Below, in pieces: positions 8,171-19,004 of a stretch of DNA of 64,000 nucleotides. The number at the start of each line of letters is the position of its first letter. The stretch's first letter is position 1. This stretch comes from Coriobacteriia bacterium. Its GTDB lineage: Bacteria > Actinomycetota > Coriobacteriia > WRKU01 > JAENWW01. The position numbers were made by a program, and so were the translations under genes. The stretch covers positions 84,851-148,850 of the forward strand of contig JAENWW010000002.1 of the NCBI GenBank assembly GCA_016649875.1. Reading direction: 5' to 3'. The notes under the pieces are model-generated. The model had not been told where the DNA came from. It did not search any database and saw only the letters and a program-made list of their open reading frames with translations.

Positions 8171-10420
8171 TTGCTTCATGGACTCGATATACGGCATCTA
8201 GTGCCCAAGTTGGTTGGGTTCGGTGTTGCTGTATTGTTGGTGTCCGTTGCCGGGATTGCATTTTGTGGTCACGAAATTAGAACGGTGCTTGAAAACGACA
8301 CGGTTCAAAAACTTGATTTCACGGCGCGGTCCGTCGCTTCTACTCTCGATAATCAAATAACGCTCATGCAATCGAAATTGAATACGCTCCAAATCTCTGC
8401 AAAGCTTGCGGATCCTTTTCGACCGTTGAATGAGAAAATGTCTGCGTTGGCATATTTCGGAGAACAGAATAACCTCGTTCGCGGGGGTATCGTCGATATC
8501 AACGGCAGTGCCCGCACCTATGCCGGTGCGATATTCGACGCGTCGAACAGTGATTGGTTCAAGGGGTCCAAAGACGGGAATGCGACCATATCGAACTCGG
8601 CGATAGCCGATGCATCCTCCGGAAAAGACATCGTCACCATAGCCCAACCGTTGTATTGGAATGGCACAATAGTCGGAGTCTCGTTCATTTCACAATACAC
8701 GGCGGAATATTTATCTTCTCCGGTGGCATCGCTTACCGACGGAGAATACAAAGTGAATGTCGTGGACGAAAATAGGCGCTTTCTTTTGAAAGACCGTGGG
8801 AATGTCGATTTTTTGCAGCAAGTAAAAAGAGAAACGCCTCCGAGAGATTATCAAAAGCTCGTCGATGACTTGACCAATCAACAAGCGGGAGTCGCCTCGG
8901 TCGTGATTAAGTCGCAGGGGTATGAAGTCGCGTATCACCCCCTTATGAAACAGAATGGGTGGTCAATCGTCGCTATCACTCAGACGCGAAATGCAAACTC
9001 ATATGTCGAGGATATTTTTACCTACCTCGATATCTTCGGCGGAGTAATCGCCGTGCTGTTGTTCGTCCTTGTGGAGACGCTCGTCATCGAGGTGGAGAGG
9101 AAACATATGAAAGAGGCGGAAAGTCTTCCTTTCGATGTCGAGACCGAAGAAAATCTTCGAGCCGCCGTCCCGCAAAATGAACGAGGCGTTTTGGAGAGGA
9201 TAGAGTGCATCAAGAGGGGTTTAGCTGCCGATGAATTAGCGGTGATAGGGATACTGGAAATAGAGTCGCTTTCGAAATTTCCTCAGGTATATAGTCGACG
9301 AATTGCTGGAAAAGTGGTGGTGGCGCTCTCCGAGAAGCTCGCTTCTTTCGATGATGGCAAATGCGCTATCACCTCTTTCGATCGAACTTTCTTTGTTATC
9401 AGTTGCGCAGGCTTCCACTCCCGGAGAGAGTGCCGTGAATATATTCAGGATATCGAAGAACTGGTGAACGAGCCCATCAGAATCGACGAGCTCGTGCTCA
9501 CTGTAACCATGCATATGGGCGCACATATTTATCATAAGAATCCGGAAAATGGGAAAGATGCACAAGGGCTTCTCGATGTCGCGAAGCGCGCGCTCGACGA
9601 GGCTCGTTCCACCCGGAAAGGCCTTGTGTTTTATAGTCAGGCAATGGAAAAAAGTGAGGAAAAAAGTAATTTCATTCAAAATAATCTTCCCTTTGCGATT
9701 GCGCATGATGAATTGCAGTTGGTTTATCAACCTCAATTCGATTTGCGCACACAAAAGATGACGGGGGTCGAAGCGTTGTTGCGATGGCACAGTGCAGAGT
9801 ATGGCGTTCTTTTGCCGAGAGAGTTCCTGCCCATTGCCGAAAGCGAAGGCCATATTCTCGAAATCGGTCGGTGGGTTGTCGACGAAGTATTCAAAGATGC
9901 CGCTGCTCACGCAGATAGAGATTTGGTGTTTTCGTTTAACGCATCCCCGCTCGAACTTTTCAATCCGGGTTACGTGTCATATGTCATTGAAAAATTCACC
10001 CACTATGGACTCAAACAGGGTTCGGTTGCAATCGAATTCAGCGAGGAAGGCATAGTCGATATCTTGGAGCAAGTTTTTCCGGCGCTTGAGACGCTGCGAG
10101 CGGCGGGTCTCTTGGTATACATCGATCAGTTCGGCTCTCAAATTGAGGCTCTTGTACGTTTTGCAAACGCACCTCTCGATGCGATAAAAATCGAAGGTCG
10201 GTATTATGAGTCCATGGAGCTGGACATACGCCGACGGATGCTTGTGGAATGCAGTGTGGACTTTGGAAATAAATTAGGTATCCATGTAATGGCGCAAGAT
10301 GTCATGACCGATGCGCAAGAACAGTCGCTCATTAACAAAGGATGCGAAAAAGGGCAGGGATACCTGCTGTCTCGACCGCTTCCCCTAGATGTGCTCATGC
10401 AGCTTCCGCTGGTATCATGA
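8171..10420 (+). CDS. Membrane sensor c-di-GMP phosphodiesterase: TM, periplasmic Cache-like domain, degenerate GGDEF and EAL domain
   Basis: N-terminal TM, ~250-aa extracytoplasmic region, second TM. Degenerate GGDEF region. EAL-domain motifs ELQLVYQPQ, EALLRW, and a conserved EAL-like loop. TTG start at 8171 with AGGAGG 8 nt upstream. Confidence 0.75.
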   Translation: MLHGLDIRHLVPKLVGFGVAVLLVSVAGIAFCGHEIRTVLENDTVQKLDFTARSVASTLDNQITLMQSKLNTLQISAKLADPFRPLNEKMSALAYFGEQNNLVRGGIVDINGSARTYAGAIFDASNSDWFKGSKDGNATISNSAIADASSGKDIVTIAQPLYWNGTIVGVSFISQYTAEYLSSPVASLTDGEYKVNVVDENRRFLLKDRGNVDFLQQVKRETPPRDYQKLVDDLTNQQAGVASVVIKSQGYEVAYHPLMKQNGWSIVAITQTRNANSYVEDIFTYLDIFGGVIAVLLFVLVETLVIEVERKHMKEAESLPFDVETEENLRAAVPQNERGVLERIECIKRGLAADELAVIGILEIESLSKFPQVYSRRIAGKVVVALSEKLASFDDGKCAITSFDRTFFVISCAGFHSRRECREYIQDIEELVNEPIRIDELVLTVTMHMGAHIYHKNPENGKDAQGLLDVAKRALDEARSTRKGLVFYSQAMEKSEEKSNFIQNNLPFAIAHDELQLVYQPQFDLRTQKMTGVEALLRWHSAEYGVLLPREFLPIAESEGHILEIGRWVVDEVFKDAAAHADRDLVFSFNASPLELFNPGYVSYVIEKFTHYGLKQGSVAIEFSEEGIVDILEQVFPALETLRAAGLLVYIDQFGSQIEALVRFANAPLDAIKIEGRYYESMELDIRRRMLVECSVDFGNKLGIHVMAQDVMTDAQEQSLINKGCEKGQGYLLSRPLPLDVLMQLPLVS

Positions 10421-10455
10421 ATACCGATACGCACCTGTAGAGGGACGAGAGGTTT

Positions 10456-12480
10456 GTGCTAAGAAATCGAATCAGATATGGCTTTTTGGCCTTTGCATTG
10501 ATTCCGTTGCTCATAGTGGGCTCGGTCGCAGCTTCGGTGATGTACGGCATAGTGTATCGTTCCGAATACAGCAAAGCCACCAGTCTTGTGGATGCGACGG
10601 CTTTTTCCGTCGACACGTATTTTGCCGATGTGATCACGAATCAAAAAATTCTCGCTCGATCGCCTTCGGTTGAAAATGCATTTGCAGAGGGGAACGACTC
10701 TGCGCAAGGCGATGTTTTGAAAAGCTTCAAAGAAAGTTCAGACGATTTTGACTGTTTCATGGTGATCGATGAACAAAATAAAGTGAGAGCCTCATCGCTT
10801 CCGCAATATGTCGGATGTGTTTTCACCCAAGACAGTTCGAGCGTTCAATACAATAACGAAGACCAGTACGTTTCGTCGGTTGTCTCATCACAGGTTTTTT
10901 CCGGTCTGCCGTGGGCTCATGACGAAATGTTCATCAGTACTCCTTGTTTTAAGAACGGGGAATACAAGGGGAGAATCATCGCTTTTCTCAATCTCGGGTA
11001 TTTTGAACGTCTCATGATGACGACTCAAAAAAGCAGTATGGTAGCAGTGGCGATTTTCGATTCCGAAGGTAACGGGGCGGTCGGCAATCCACGTATTTTA
11101 TCCGAGGAGCAGAGAACATCGTCACAAAATGAGGAGTTTCAAGGAATTGTTTACGGGGAAGCCGTTCGTGGTACGGGCGAACCGAAGAAGTTTTCCACCG
11201 AGATAGGTAAAGACAGGTTTCTTGCCGCGGCGCAGGTGGCGACCGGATCTCGGTGGGTGGTGGTGGGGTTTGTAAAAGCGAGCGCGCTTTACGAACCGGT
11301 CGTCACGCCGGCGCTTATCGTCGGACTTGTGATTTTCCTCATATTGATACTGGCTAATTTTGTCGCCGATATGCATGCCCGGCGATTGATCGATCCGTTT
11401 GAAAAGGATTTTTTGCCGGCGATTCACGCGATTGCCGCCGGAGACCGACATACGAAAATAAAGTACGACAAAGACGATGAAATCGGGATGGTCTCTCGAG
11501 CATTCAATGATTTGGTTGAAGATATCGATGAGCGCGAGAGGGAGCTACGGGTCAGCGAGGTACGCTATCGTATGATGGTCGAAGAAAATCGCTATATAGT
11601 ATTCGAATGGAGTGCCGGTACCGACACGATGGAGATGGCTCCGTTGTTCAACCAGAGGTTCGGGTTCAATCCGAGTCTGGAAAACGTGTCGAACACATTC
11701 TCGAAACTCGAAATCGTGTTTCCCGACGACGTTGCCGAGTTCAAGCGATTCTGTGACGATATTTTCATTCGACATTGTAACTCCAGGGCTTCTGTCCGTC
11801 TCAAAAGCGCATCGGGAGAGTATACGTGGTTCGAGGTTCGTACCGTTGCGCTTTACAATCTGTCGCAAGAATACTACGGAGCTTTCGGAACCTTTTCCGA
11901 TATCGATGCCGTCAAACGCGAGGAGATTCGCCTTAGAGAGCAGAATCGTACGGATGATCTTTCTCGCGTCTTGAATAGTCGAGCCTTCAACGATGCGACC
12001 GACGAGATGTTGGAGGACTCGAAAGGGTCTGACAAGACGGTGACCCTGTTTTTCATCGATATCGATGATTTCAAGATGTTCAATACCGATCACGGGCACG
12101 CGTTCGGCGATCGTGTCATTCGCTTTTTTGGAGTGGTATTACGTACGGCGGCGGACGGTTACGGGGTCATCGGTCGTGTCGGTGGAGATGAATTCGCGAT
12201 GTGCTTGGAGCTTCGGGATTCGGACCCGAGCCCCGAGCAAATCTCTCGGCAGATATCTTCTGCGCTCGCTCGTGGTCTGCAAGTGCGCGATGGCGGGGGC
12301 CCTCTTCCCATTCGTGCCAGTATAGGAATCGCGCAATACCCGCTCGACGGGCAGAACTACAGCGAACTCATGCATGCCGCCGACCAGAAGATGTACTTCA
12401 TCAAACAGGAGTCGAAAAAGGACCGCCAAATGGCCACATTCCGAAAACTCGAAGACGAGGGCGCCGATCTTCCGACTTAG
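10456..12480 (+). CDS. Membrane sensor diguanylate cyclase: TM, Cache-like, HAMP, PAS and GGDEF domains
   Basis: N-terminal TM plus extracytoplasmic domain. HAMP-like segment (VSRAFNDLVEDIDERE). PAS-like region. GGDEF active site RVGGDEFAM with upstream DxD. GTG start at 10456. Confidence 0.75.
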   Translation: MLRNRIRYGFLAFALIPLLIVGSVAASVMYGIVYRSEYSKATSLVDATAFSVDTYFADVITNQKILARSPSVENAFAEGNDSAQGDVLKSFKESSDDFDCFMVIDEQNKVRASSLPQYVGCVFTQDSSSVQYNNEDQYVSSVVSSQVFSGLPWAHDEMFISTPCFKNGEYKGRIIAFLNLGYFERLMMTTQKSSMVAVAIFDSEGNGAVGNPRILSEEQRTSSQNEEFQGIVYGEAVRGTGEPKKFSTEIGKDRFLAAAQVATGSRWVVVGFVKASALYEPVVTPALIVGLVIFLILILANFVADMHARRLIDPFEKDFLPAIHAIAAGDRHTKIKYDKDDEIGMVSRAFNDLVEDIDERERELRVSEVRYRMMVEENRYIVFEWSAGTDTMEMAPLFNQRFGFNPSLENVSNTFSKLEIVFPDDVAEFKRFCDDIFIRHCNSRASVRLKSASGEYTWFEVRTVALYNLSQEYYGAFGTFSDIDAVKREEIRLREQNRTDDLSRVLNSRAFNDATDEMLEDSKGSDKTVTLFFIDIDDFKMFNTDHGHAFGDRVIRFFGVVLRTAADGYGVIGRVGGDEFAMCLELRDSDPSPEQISRQISSALARGLQVRDGGGPLPIRASIGIAQYPLDGQNYSELMHAADQKMYFIKQESKKDRQMATFRKLEDEGADLPT

Positions 12481-12578
12481 TCGGCGCGTCCTGATCTCGA
12501 TGGTTCGTGCGATATACTATAAAGACACAACGGCAAACGATAAGTATGTGTGGCTACGTAGAGCACCTACTGCGGGAG

Positions 12579-13448
12579 ATGTTTATGGGCGTATCGGTCG
12601 TTACTGATTCAACTACCTGTATTCCGGCTGAATTATTGAAAACTTACGGCATTCGAGTAGTCTCACTCTCTATTCACGACGGCGATACCTGCAGCCGAGA
12701 AATCGACATGGATTCCGCGGCTTTTTATGAACGTCTGAAGGACATGCGCGTGCTCCCCACATCTTCACAACCTTCTCCCGAGGAATTCGGAAGGGTTTTT
12801 TCCGAAATCATCGATGGGGGAGACGATGTTCTCGCGGTCTTTCTTTCCAGCGAAATGAGCGGTACATGTGAAACGGCGAAAATGGTCGCCGAGATGATTG
12901 CAAAAGAAAAACCACACGCTAAAATCTCTATCGTGGACAGCGAGACGAACAGCATGCAAGAAGGCTATGCAGTGCTGTCAGCGGCTGAATGCGCTGCTCA
13001 GGGGGGCACTCTCGATGAGTGCGAACGTGCCGCGCGCGATACCATGGCGAGAAGCCGGTTCTTGTTCGCTCCGCAATCCCTCGAGTATCTCATGCGAGGC
13101 GGTCGCATCGGACGTGCGTCGGCTTTATTCGGTTCCCTACTCAAACTCGTGCCCGTGCTGACTGTGGAAAACGCGGTCACTACGACTTACGCTAAAGTCA
13201 GAACATACCCCAAGGCGTTTGCAGTCATGCGCGATAAACTTGCCGAAGATATCCAAAAAGCCGGTGGTTTGAAAAATATTTGCATTCACATGATAGTGGA
13301 GCGTGAACCGGCCGAAAAGTTCAAAAGGGAATATATCGAGCCGTTCGTCGGACGAGACGTGGAAATAATTCCTCTTCGGCCGGTCATCGGCACGCATGTC
13401 GGTGCCGCGGTCGGCGTCGTTTATGAGACAGTGAACCCTCTTCGCTAG
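12579..13448 (+). CDS. DegV family fatty-acid-binding protein
   Basis: MGVSVVTDSTTCIPAELLKTYGIRVVSLSI is the typical DegV N-terminus. Length is about 290 aa. Start chosen at ATG 12579 (MFMGVSVV); the track ORF extends upstream to 12507. Confidence 0.7.
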   Translation: MFMGVSVVTDSTTCIPAELLKTYGIRVVSLSIHDGDTCSREIDMDSAAFYERLKDMRVLPTSSQPSPEEFGRVFSEIIDGGDDVLAVFLSSEMSGTCETAKMVAEMIAKEKPHAKISIVDSETNSMQEGYAVLSAAECAAQGGTLDECERAARDTMARSRFLFAPQSLEYLMRGGRIGRASALFGSLLKLVPVLTVENAVTTTYAKVRTYPKAFAVMRDKLAEDIQKAGGLKNICIHMIVEREPAEKFKREYIEPFVGRDVEIIPLRPVIGTHVGAAVGVVYETVNPLR

Positions 13449-13460
13449 AAAGGTCAGGCA

Positions 13461-14780
13461 ATGATCCCTCGTTATTCCTATCCCGAAATGGCAAAAATTT
13501 GGGAACTAGAGAACAAATTCGGCATTTGGAAAGAAATCGAAGTGCTCGCCTGTGAGGCTCAGGCACAACTCACCGATGCCGATATCACGCCCGAAGAGGC
13601 TGCGACGATTCGAGCGACTGCGCAGTTCGAAGTCGAGCGTATCGATGAACTTGAGGCGACGCTCAATCATGATGTCATCGCTTTCCTCACCAACATGGCG
13701 GAACACATCGGCGAACCCAGTAAGTGGGTTCATTACGGAATGACCAGTTCCGATCTCGGCGATACGGCGCTTTGCTACCAAATGACTCAGGCGATCGACA
13801 TCATCATCGACGATGTCAGGCGTGTCGGCGCCATTGCGCAACGCCGTGCGTTTGAGACGCAAGATATGCTGTGCGTCGGTCGTACGCACGGCGTTCACGC
13901 CGAGCCGATGACGATGGGCATGAAGTTCGGGCGTTGGGCGCATGCGATGAACCGTGCCATCGAGCGTCTCGAGTTTTGCCGCAAACAAGTTGCAGTGGGC
14001 GCCATTTCGGGCGCCGTCGGTTCCTATAGCAATATCGACCCGAAAGTCGAAGCCTACGTGTGCGAGAATCTCGGTCTTACTCCCGACCCTCTTTCCACTC
14101 AAGTCATCGCGCGCGATAGGCATGCGTTTTTCCTCAGCGTGTTGGCGACGATCGCGACTTCTGCAGAAGAGATTGCAACAGAAGTGCGCGCTCTTCAGAA
14201 GTCCGATACGCTGGAGGCGGAGGAGCCCTTCAAAAAGGGACAAAAAGGCTCGAGTGCCATGCCCCATAAGCGAAATCCCATCACCGCCGAACGTATTTGC
14301 GGGCTCTCTCGTGTCATAAAGGCCAATGCGCAGGTCGGGTTTGACAATGTGGCGCTTTGGCATGAGCGTGATATTTCTCATTCGTCGGCCGAACGCGTCG
14401 TGCTCGCGGACTCGACGATTGCGCTCGACTATATTTTGCGTAAACTCGAGTGGATTCTCGACGGTATGGTGTTGTATCCGAAAAACATGCTCGCGAACTT
14501 GAACAAAACGCGCGGGCTGATTTATTCCTCACGTGTTTTACTCGTGCTTGTCGATACCGGCATGCTTCGCGAAGACGCCTATGCCGTCGTTCAAGAAAAT
14601 GCAATGAAAGTATGGGACGATCTTCAACAGGCTCGCGCGGGCAAAACGTTTCGTGAGCTTTTGGAAGAGGATGAACGGTGTCCGCTCGATGGCGGTTCTC
14701 TCGATATCATTTTCAATCCATGGGAGTTTCTCGGTCGTAAAGATGTCTTGTTCGATCGCTTGAAGGGTCTTGAGTTTTAG
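13461..14780 (+). CDS. purB: Adenylosuccinate lyase
   Basis: 439 aa. MIPRYSYPEMAKIWELENKF, the fumarate-lyase signature region GSSAMPHKRNP, and a PurB C-terminus. Confidence 0.9.
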   Translation: MIPRYSYPEMAKIWELENKFGIWKEIEVLACEAQAQLTDADITPEEAATIRATAQFEVERIDELEATLNHDVIAFLTNMAEHIGEPSKWVHYGMTSSDLGDTALCYQMTQAIDIIIDDVRRVGAIAQRRAFETQDMLCVGRTHGVHAEPMTMGMKFGRWAHAMNRAIERLEFCRKQVAVGAISGAVGSYSNIDPKVEAYVCENLGLTPDPLSTQVIARDRHAFFLSVLATIATSAEEIATEVRALQKSDTLEAEEPFKKGQKGSSAMPHKRNPITAERICGLSRVIKANAQVGFDNVALWHERDISHSSAERVVLADSTIALDYILRKLEWILDGMVLYPKNMLANLNKTRGLIYSSRVLLVLVDTGMLREDAYAVVQENAMKVWDDLQQARAGKTFRELLEEDERCPLDGGSLDIIFNPWEFLGRKDVLFDRLKGLEF

Positions 14781-15460
14781 CCGATGGTCGTGACGCTTTT
14801 TTTCGGGCAGATGTCTGAAAGAAAGCATGCGGTGCATTGAGGTTTTTTCGCATCACAGATTCGTCGCCCCATGTTAATCATCCAGAAGTTGACCATGCGC
14901 CATTGCGTTTGCGGGAACACCGCGCACAAATCCCCTTCGGTTTTCTCCGGAGTGGTGGCATTCGAAAGCCCGAGTCGATGGGAAACTCTGAACACATGCG
15001 TGTCGACTGCGATTCCCGCCGTCACATGAAAACTTTCCGATAGTACGAGGTTTGCCGTTTTTCGGCCGACGCCCGAAAGGGTGACCAGCTCCTCCATCGT
15101 CTCGGGGATCTCTCCTCCGAAGTCGGACTGGACTTTTTGTGCGAGCGCGATGATATTTTTTGCTTTGTCGTGATAAAAACCGAGGGAATGAATGATGGTT
15201 TCCACATCCCCCTGAGATGCCTGAGCCAACTTTTCTGTGTCGGGATACCTTTCAAACAACAGCGGAGTCACCTTGTTCACGTTGGCATCGGTTGTTTGCG
15301 CGGACAATGAGATGGAGACGACGCACTGATAGGGATTTGCGAAATGCAATGCCGGAGTCGGATCTTGTGGGAAGTATTCGGAAAAGCGCACAATGACAGC
15401 CTCTGCACGTTTGCGCATTTCCGAGGTTATCCGGCTGGTCGGTTGAGGATAGTTCGTCAT
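14777..15460 (-). CDS. nth: Endonuclease III (DNA glycosylase/AP lyase)
   Basis: HhH-GPD motifs LVTLSGVGRKTANLVL and a C-terminal [4Fe-4S] Cys cluster CDAKKPQCTACFLSDIC. The real start is ATG at 15460 (MTNYPQP) with an AAGGAAAAG RBS. The 515-aa track ORF is an upstream read-through. Confidence 0.85.
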   Translation of the reverse strand: MTNYPQPTSRITSEMRKRAEAVIVRFSEYFPQDPTPALHFANPYQCVVSISLSAQTTDANVNKVTPLLFERYPDTEKLAQASQGDVETIIHSLGFYHDKAKNIIALAQKVQSDFGGEIPETMEELVTLSGVGRKTANLVLSESFHVTAGIAVDTHVFRVSHRLGLSNATTPEKTEGDLCAVFPQTQWRMVNFWMINMGRRICDAKKPQCTACFLSDICPKKSVTTIG

Positions 15461-15523
15461 CTTTTCCTTTCGCACGTACGCACAGTTTATACTATTACAG
15501 AGGTACGCATTTGAAAGGTCTGT

Positions 15524-18500
15524 ATGAGTTATAACAAGCAATTGGCCAATACCGTTGTCGCCGCTTTGAGCGGTTTGCCCGAATTCAAAGAGACCGAGAA
15601 TGAACTTGCGGCCGGCAACGATATTTCTCTCGCCACCCCGACGATAATTCGGGCGGCGTACATTTTCACGCAATTTCGGATGCGCCCGCGCACGATTTTG
15701 GTCGTTACCGAAAGCGAAGAGGCCGCCGATACCATGCTCGGAAGCCTCGCGGCGTACTTCGACGGTGATGAGCTGGCCCACTTGGCTCTGCGCGATGATT
15801 TCCCTTGGCAAGATAAAGCGCCTAAGCTCGGTCTCGTCACTCGTCGTGTCCGGGCGCTTCATTTCCTCTCGACCGATCGCGAGGCGGTCGTCGTGGCGTC
15901 GGTGCAAGCGCTCATGAGATCCGTTCCGCTCGACCATCCCGAGTTCTTCGCTCCTCTCGAGCTTTCCGTCGGTCTTGAAATCGATATCCTCGAAGTTGTG
16001 GCACGACTCGTCGAAATGGGCTATACCCGTGCAGACTATGCGACGGATGAAGGAATGTTCGCGTTGCGCGGAGATGTTCTCGATATACATCCGGCCATCG
16101 GTACCCAAAGCGTCCGTGTCGAGTTTTTCGGAGATGTGCTCGAGTCGGTGAAGCGACTGGTGCCGGGTTCGGGCCAAACGCTCGGCTCGACCGGCGACGT
16201 CGTGCTGTATCCCCTGCGCGAGATTTCCCTCACCGGTGAGGTGATCGCGGAGGCGACCATGGCACTCGAAAAGGCGGCGTTTCTCAATCCGATGGTCGCT
16301 TACCATCGAGACCTGATCGCACAACGCATCGCCTTCAATGAAATGGAAGGATATTTGCCGCTGCTCGTGAAAAGGGTGGGCTCGGCCGCCGAGTATTTAC
16401 CTGCGCAAGCAAGCGTCGCAGTCTTGGAGCCGCGTATCCTTTTCGATGTCTCCATGCGGGCCTATGAGGAATATAACGCTCTTGCGATGAAAGCGAATTT
16501 CAAAAACGCTTTCGAATCAAAGCAACTCTTGTCGGGATTGTTCTTGGGGCCGGCGGAACTGAATTTCGGTTCTTGCGGGCGCCTCACATGGATGTCCACA
16601 CTCAACACGATGCATGCCGACGTATCTCTTCTCGCCAAACGTCCCGATGTCGCCGGAAGCGATGCACGGCTCGTGACCGCCGTTCGAAATTACCTGCAGT
16701 CGGGTTATTCGGTGACGCTCTGTCTGCCGAATCGCCGTATTCGCGAACGCGTGGGGGAGCTGCTGGTGTTCGAAGGGATTCCCGTCGGTGACAAAGCCCG
16801 TTCGGTGAAGCTCATCGATCACGATGCCGTGGTGGGGTTCATCGTGCCGGATGCCGGAATCGCCGTCATAGCCCAAAGTGATGCGTTTCCGCGTGCGGTT
16901 AAAAAAATACAGAAACGACAAGATATCGATATCACCAAGCTCACGTTCCCTTTCAAGCCGGGCGATTACATCGTTCATTCTTCATACGGCATTGCATTGT
17001 TCAAAGAAGTAACCAGGCGCATCGTCGACGGCGTCGAACGTGATTATCTTCATTTGCAGTATGCGGGTGGAGATACGCTCTACACACCGATCGACCAGAT
17101 CGATCGTGTCACAAAATACGTCGGATCCGACGGGGGCACCCCGAAAGTCACGCGACTCGGCACGAAGTCGTGGACGAAGGCAACCGCCCGCGCCCGCGCA
17201 GCCGCCAAGAAGCTCGCCATCGATCTCGTGGACCTCTACGCGAGAAGAAGCCAGGTCGAAGGGTACGCATTCAGCGAGGATACCGTATGGCAGGCGGAGA
17301 TGGAGGCGCTGTTTCCTTACGAGGAGACCCCCGACCAGCTCGAGGCGATAGCCGATGTCAAGGCGGATATGGAGTCGAGCAAGCCGATGGATCGTCTGGT
17401 GTGCGGCGATGTCGGTTACGGTAAGACCGAGGTTGCGATTCGCGCTACGTTCAAAGCGGTTCAAGACGGCAAGCAGGTGATGATTTTATGTCCGACCACC
17501 ATTTTGGCCCAGCAACATTACACGACCTTTTCGGAGCGTTTCGCTCCCTTCGGGATCGAGGTGGAGGTACTTTCGAGATTTCGTTCTTCGGCCCAGCAGC
17601 GCGTCGCCGTCGAAAAGTTCGCCGAAGGCACCGTCAAAGTGCTGGTCGGTACGCATCGCCTCCTTTCAAAAGATATCAGTCCTTACGACCTCGGGCTCCT
17701 CATCATAGATGAGGAACAGCGCTTCGGAGTCGAACACAAGGAGAAGTTGAAAAACATGCGGGCGAACATCGATGTGTTCGCCATGAGTGCGACGCCGATT
17801 CCGCGCACGTTGCAGATGTCGCTATCCGGTGTGCGCGATATGAGTGTCATCGACACTCCTCCGGCGAATCGGTATCCGGTGAAGGTGCACGTGGGAGAGT
17901 GGGATGAAGACGTCGTTTCACACGCCATTCGAAATGAACTTTCCCGCAACGGACAAGTCTATTACGTTTCGAACCGTGTCAAAACAATCGAGGCGGCAGT
18001 CGAGCGCGTGAGGAAGGCGGCTCCCGAGGCCCGTATCGGCGTCGCCCACGGGCAGATGTCTGAACACCAACTCGAAGAAGTGATGGAACAATTCGCCGCC
18101 AATGAGATCGACGTGCTCATAGCCACCACCATCGTCGAATCGGGAATCGATAACCCACACTCGAATACGCTCGTTATCGAAAACGCCCACATGCTCGGTC
18201 TCTCGCAGCTGTACCAGCTTAAAGGACGTGTCGGCAGAAGCCATGTGCATGCTTTCGCCTATTTTTTGTATCCTCTGGGAGTCGAAATGAGCCAAACGGC
18301 AATCGAGAGGCTCATGGCAATAGCAGAAAACGACGGGCTCGGAAGTGGTATCAGAATCGCCATGCGGGATTTGGAAATTCGCGGTGCCGGCTCGATTATC
18401 GGCGCCGAACAATCCGGCCAGCTCAGTGCCGTCGGTTTCGATTTGTTCGCCGGTATGATATCTGAGGCGGTGGCCGCGGCTCGCGGCGAAGCTGCCCCGG

Positions 18501-18934
18501 TGTTTTCGGAGATTCGCGTCGATTTGCCCGAAGCGGCGTTTATCCCCGAGGAATACATCGAAGATGTCTTCGAGCGCGTCGTTTTGTACAGACGCATTGC
18601 AGGTTTGGCGACGAAAGAAGGTATCGACAAACTTTACCAGGCGATGGTCGATGCACACGGAACACCTCCTGTCGAAACGCAAAATTTGTTCGATATGACG
18701 CGTATCAAAGTGATTTGTGCGGAAATCAAAGCGGACGCGGTGACGGTGGTCGGACCGCATATTCAGGTGCGTATGCCAAAACCGGACGAAAATGTCTTGG
18801 CTGAATTGCGTTCCATCGGTGCGCTCTACGATGATAGGCGAAAGATGTTTCGATGGAAGATTCCTTATGGAGAGAGTGTGGTAAAGGCAACGCGCATGCT
18901 GGTAGGTGCTATATTATTTGATGCTTCGAACTGA
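15524..18934 (+). CDS. mfd: Transcription-repair coupling factor
   Basis: 1136 aa. Superfamily 2 helicase motifs (LVCGDVGYGKTEVA, DEEQRFG), a UvrB-interaction-like N-terminus and a TRCF C-terminal domain. Confidence 0.9.
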   Translation: MSYNKQLANTVVAALSGLPEFKETENELAAGNDISLATPTIIRAAYIFTQFRMRPRTILVVTESEEAADTMLGSLAAYFDGDELAHLALRDDFPWQDKAPKLGLVTRRVRALHFLSTDREAVVVASVQALMRSVPLDHPEFFAPLELSVGLEIDILEVVARLVEMGYTRADYATDEGMFALRGDVLDIHPAIGTQSVRVEFFGDVLESVKRLVPGSGQTLGSTGDVVLYPLREISLTGEVIAEATMALEKAAFLNPMVAYHRDLIAQRIAFNEMEGYLPLLVKRVGSAAEYLPAQASVAVLEPRILFDVSMRAYEEYNALAMKANFKNAFESKQLLSGLFLGPAELNFGSCGRLTWMSTLNTMHADVSLLAKRPDVAGSDARLVTAVRNYLQSGYSVTLCLPNRRIRERVGELLVFEGIPVGDKARSVKLIDHDAVVGFIVPDAGIAVIAQSDAFPRAVKKIQKRQDIDITKLTFPFKPGDYIVHSSYGIALFKEVTRRIVDGVERDYLHLQYAGGDTLYTPIDQIDRVTKYVGSDGGTPKVTRLGTKSWTKATARARAAAKKLAIDLVDLYARRSQVEGYAFSEDTVWQAEMEALFPYEETPDQLEAIADVKADMESSKPMDRLVCGDVGYGKTEVAIRATFKAVQDGKQVMILCPTTILAQQHYTTFSERFAPFGIEVEVLSRFRSSAQQRVAVEKFAEGTVKVLVGTHRLLSKDISPYDLGLLIIDEEQRFGVEHKEKLKNMRANIDVFAMSATPIPRTLQMSLSGVRDMSVIDTPPANRYPVKVHVGEWDEDVVSHAIRNELSRNGQVYYVSNRVKTIEAAVERVRKAAPEARIGVAHGQMSEHQLEEVMEQFAANEIDVLIATTIVESGIDNPHSNTLVIENAHMLGLSQLYQLKGRVGRSHVHAFAYFLYPLGVEMSQTAIERLMAIAENDGLGSGIRIAMRDLEIRGAGSIIGAEQSGQLSAVGFDLFAGMISEAVAAARGEAAPVFSEIRVDLPEAAFIPEEYIEDVFERVVLYRRIAGLATKEGIDKLYQAMVDAHGTPPVETQNLFDMTRIKVICAEIKADAVTVVGPHIQVRMPKPDENVLAELRSIGALYDDRRKMFRWKIPYGESVVKATRMLVGAILFDASN

Positions 18935-19004
18935 TTATATTTTGCGATGCGATTCGCCGTTTTATTTCATTCGGTATAATTTTGAATTGCTTTAGGGAGA
19001 GTTA

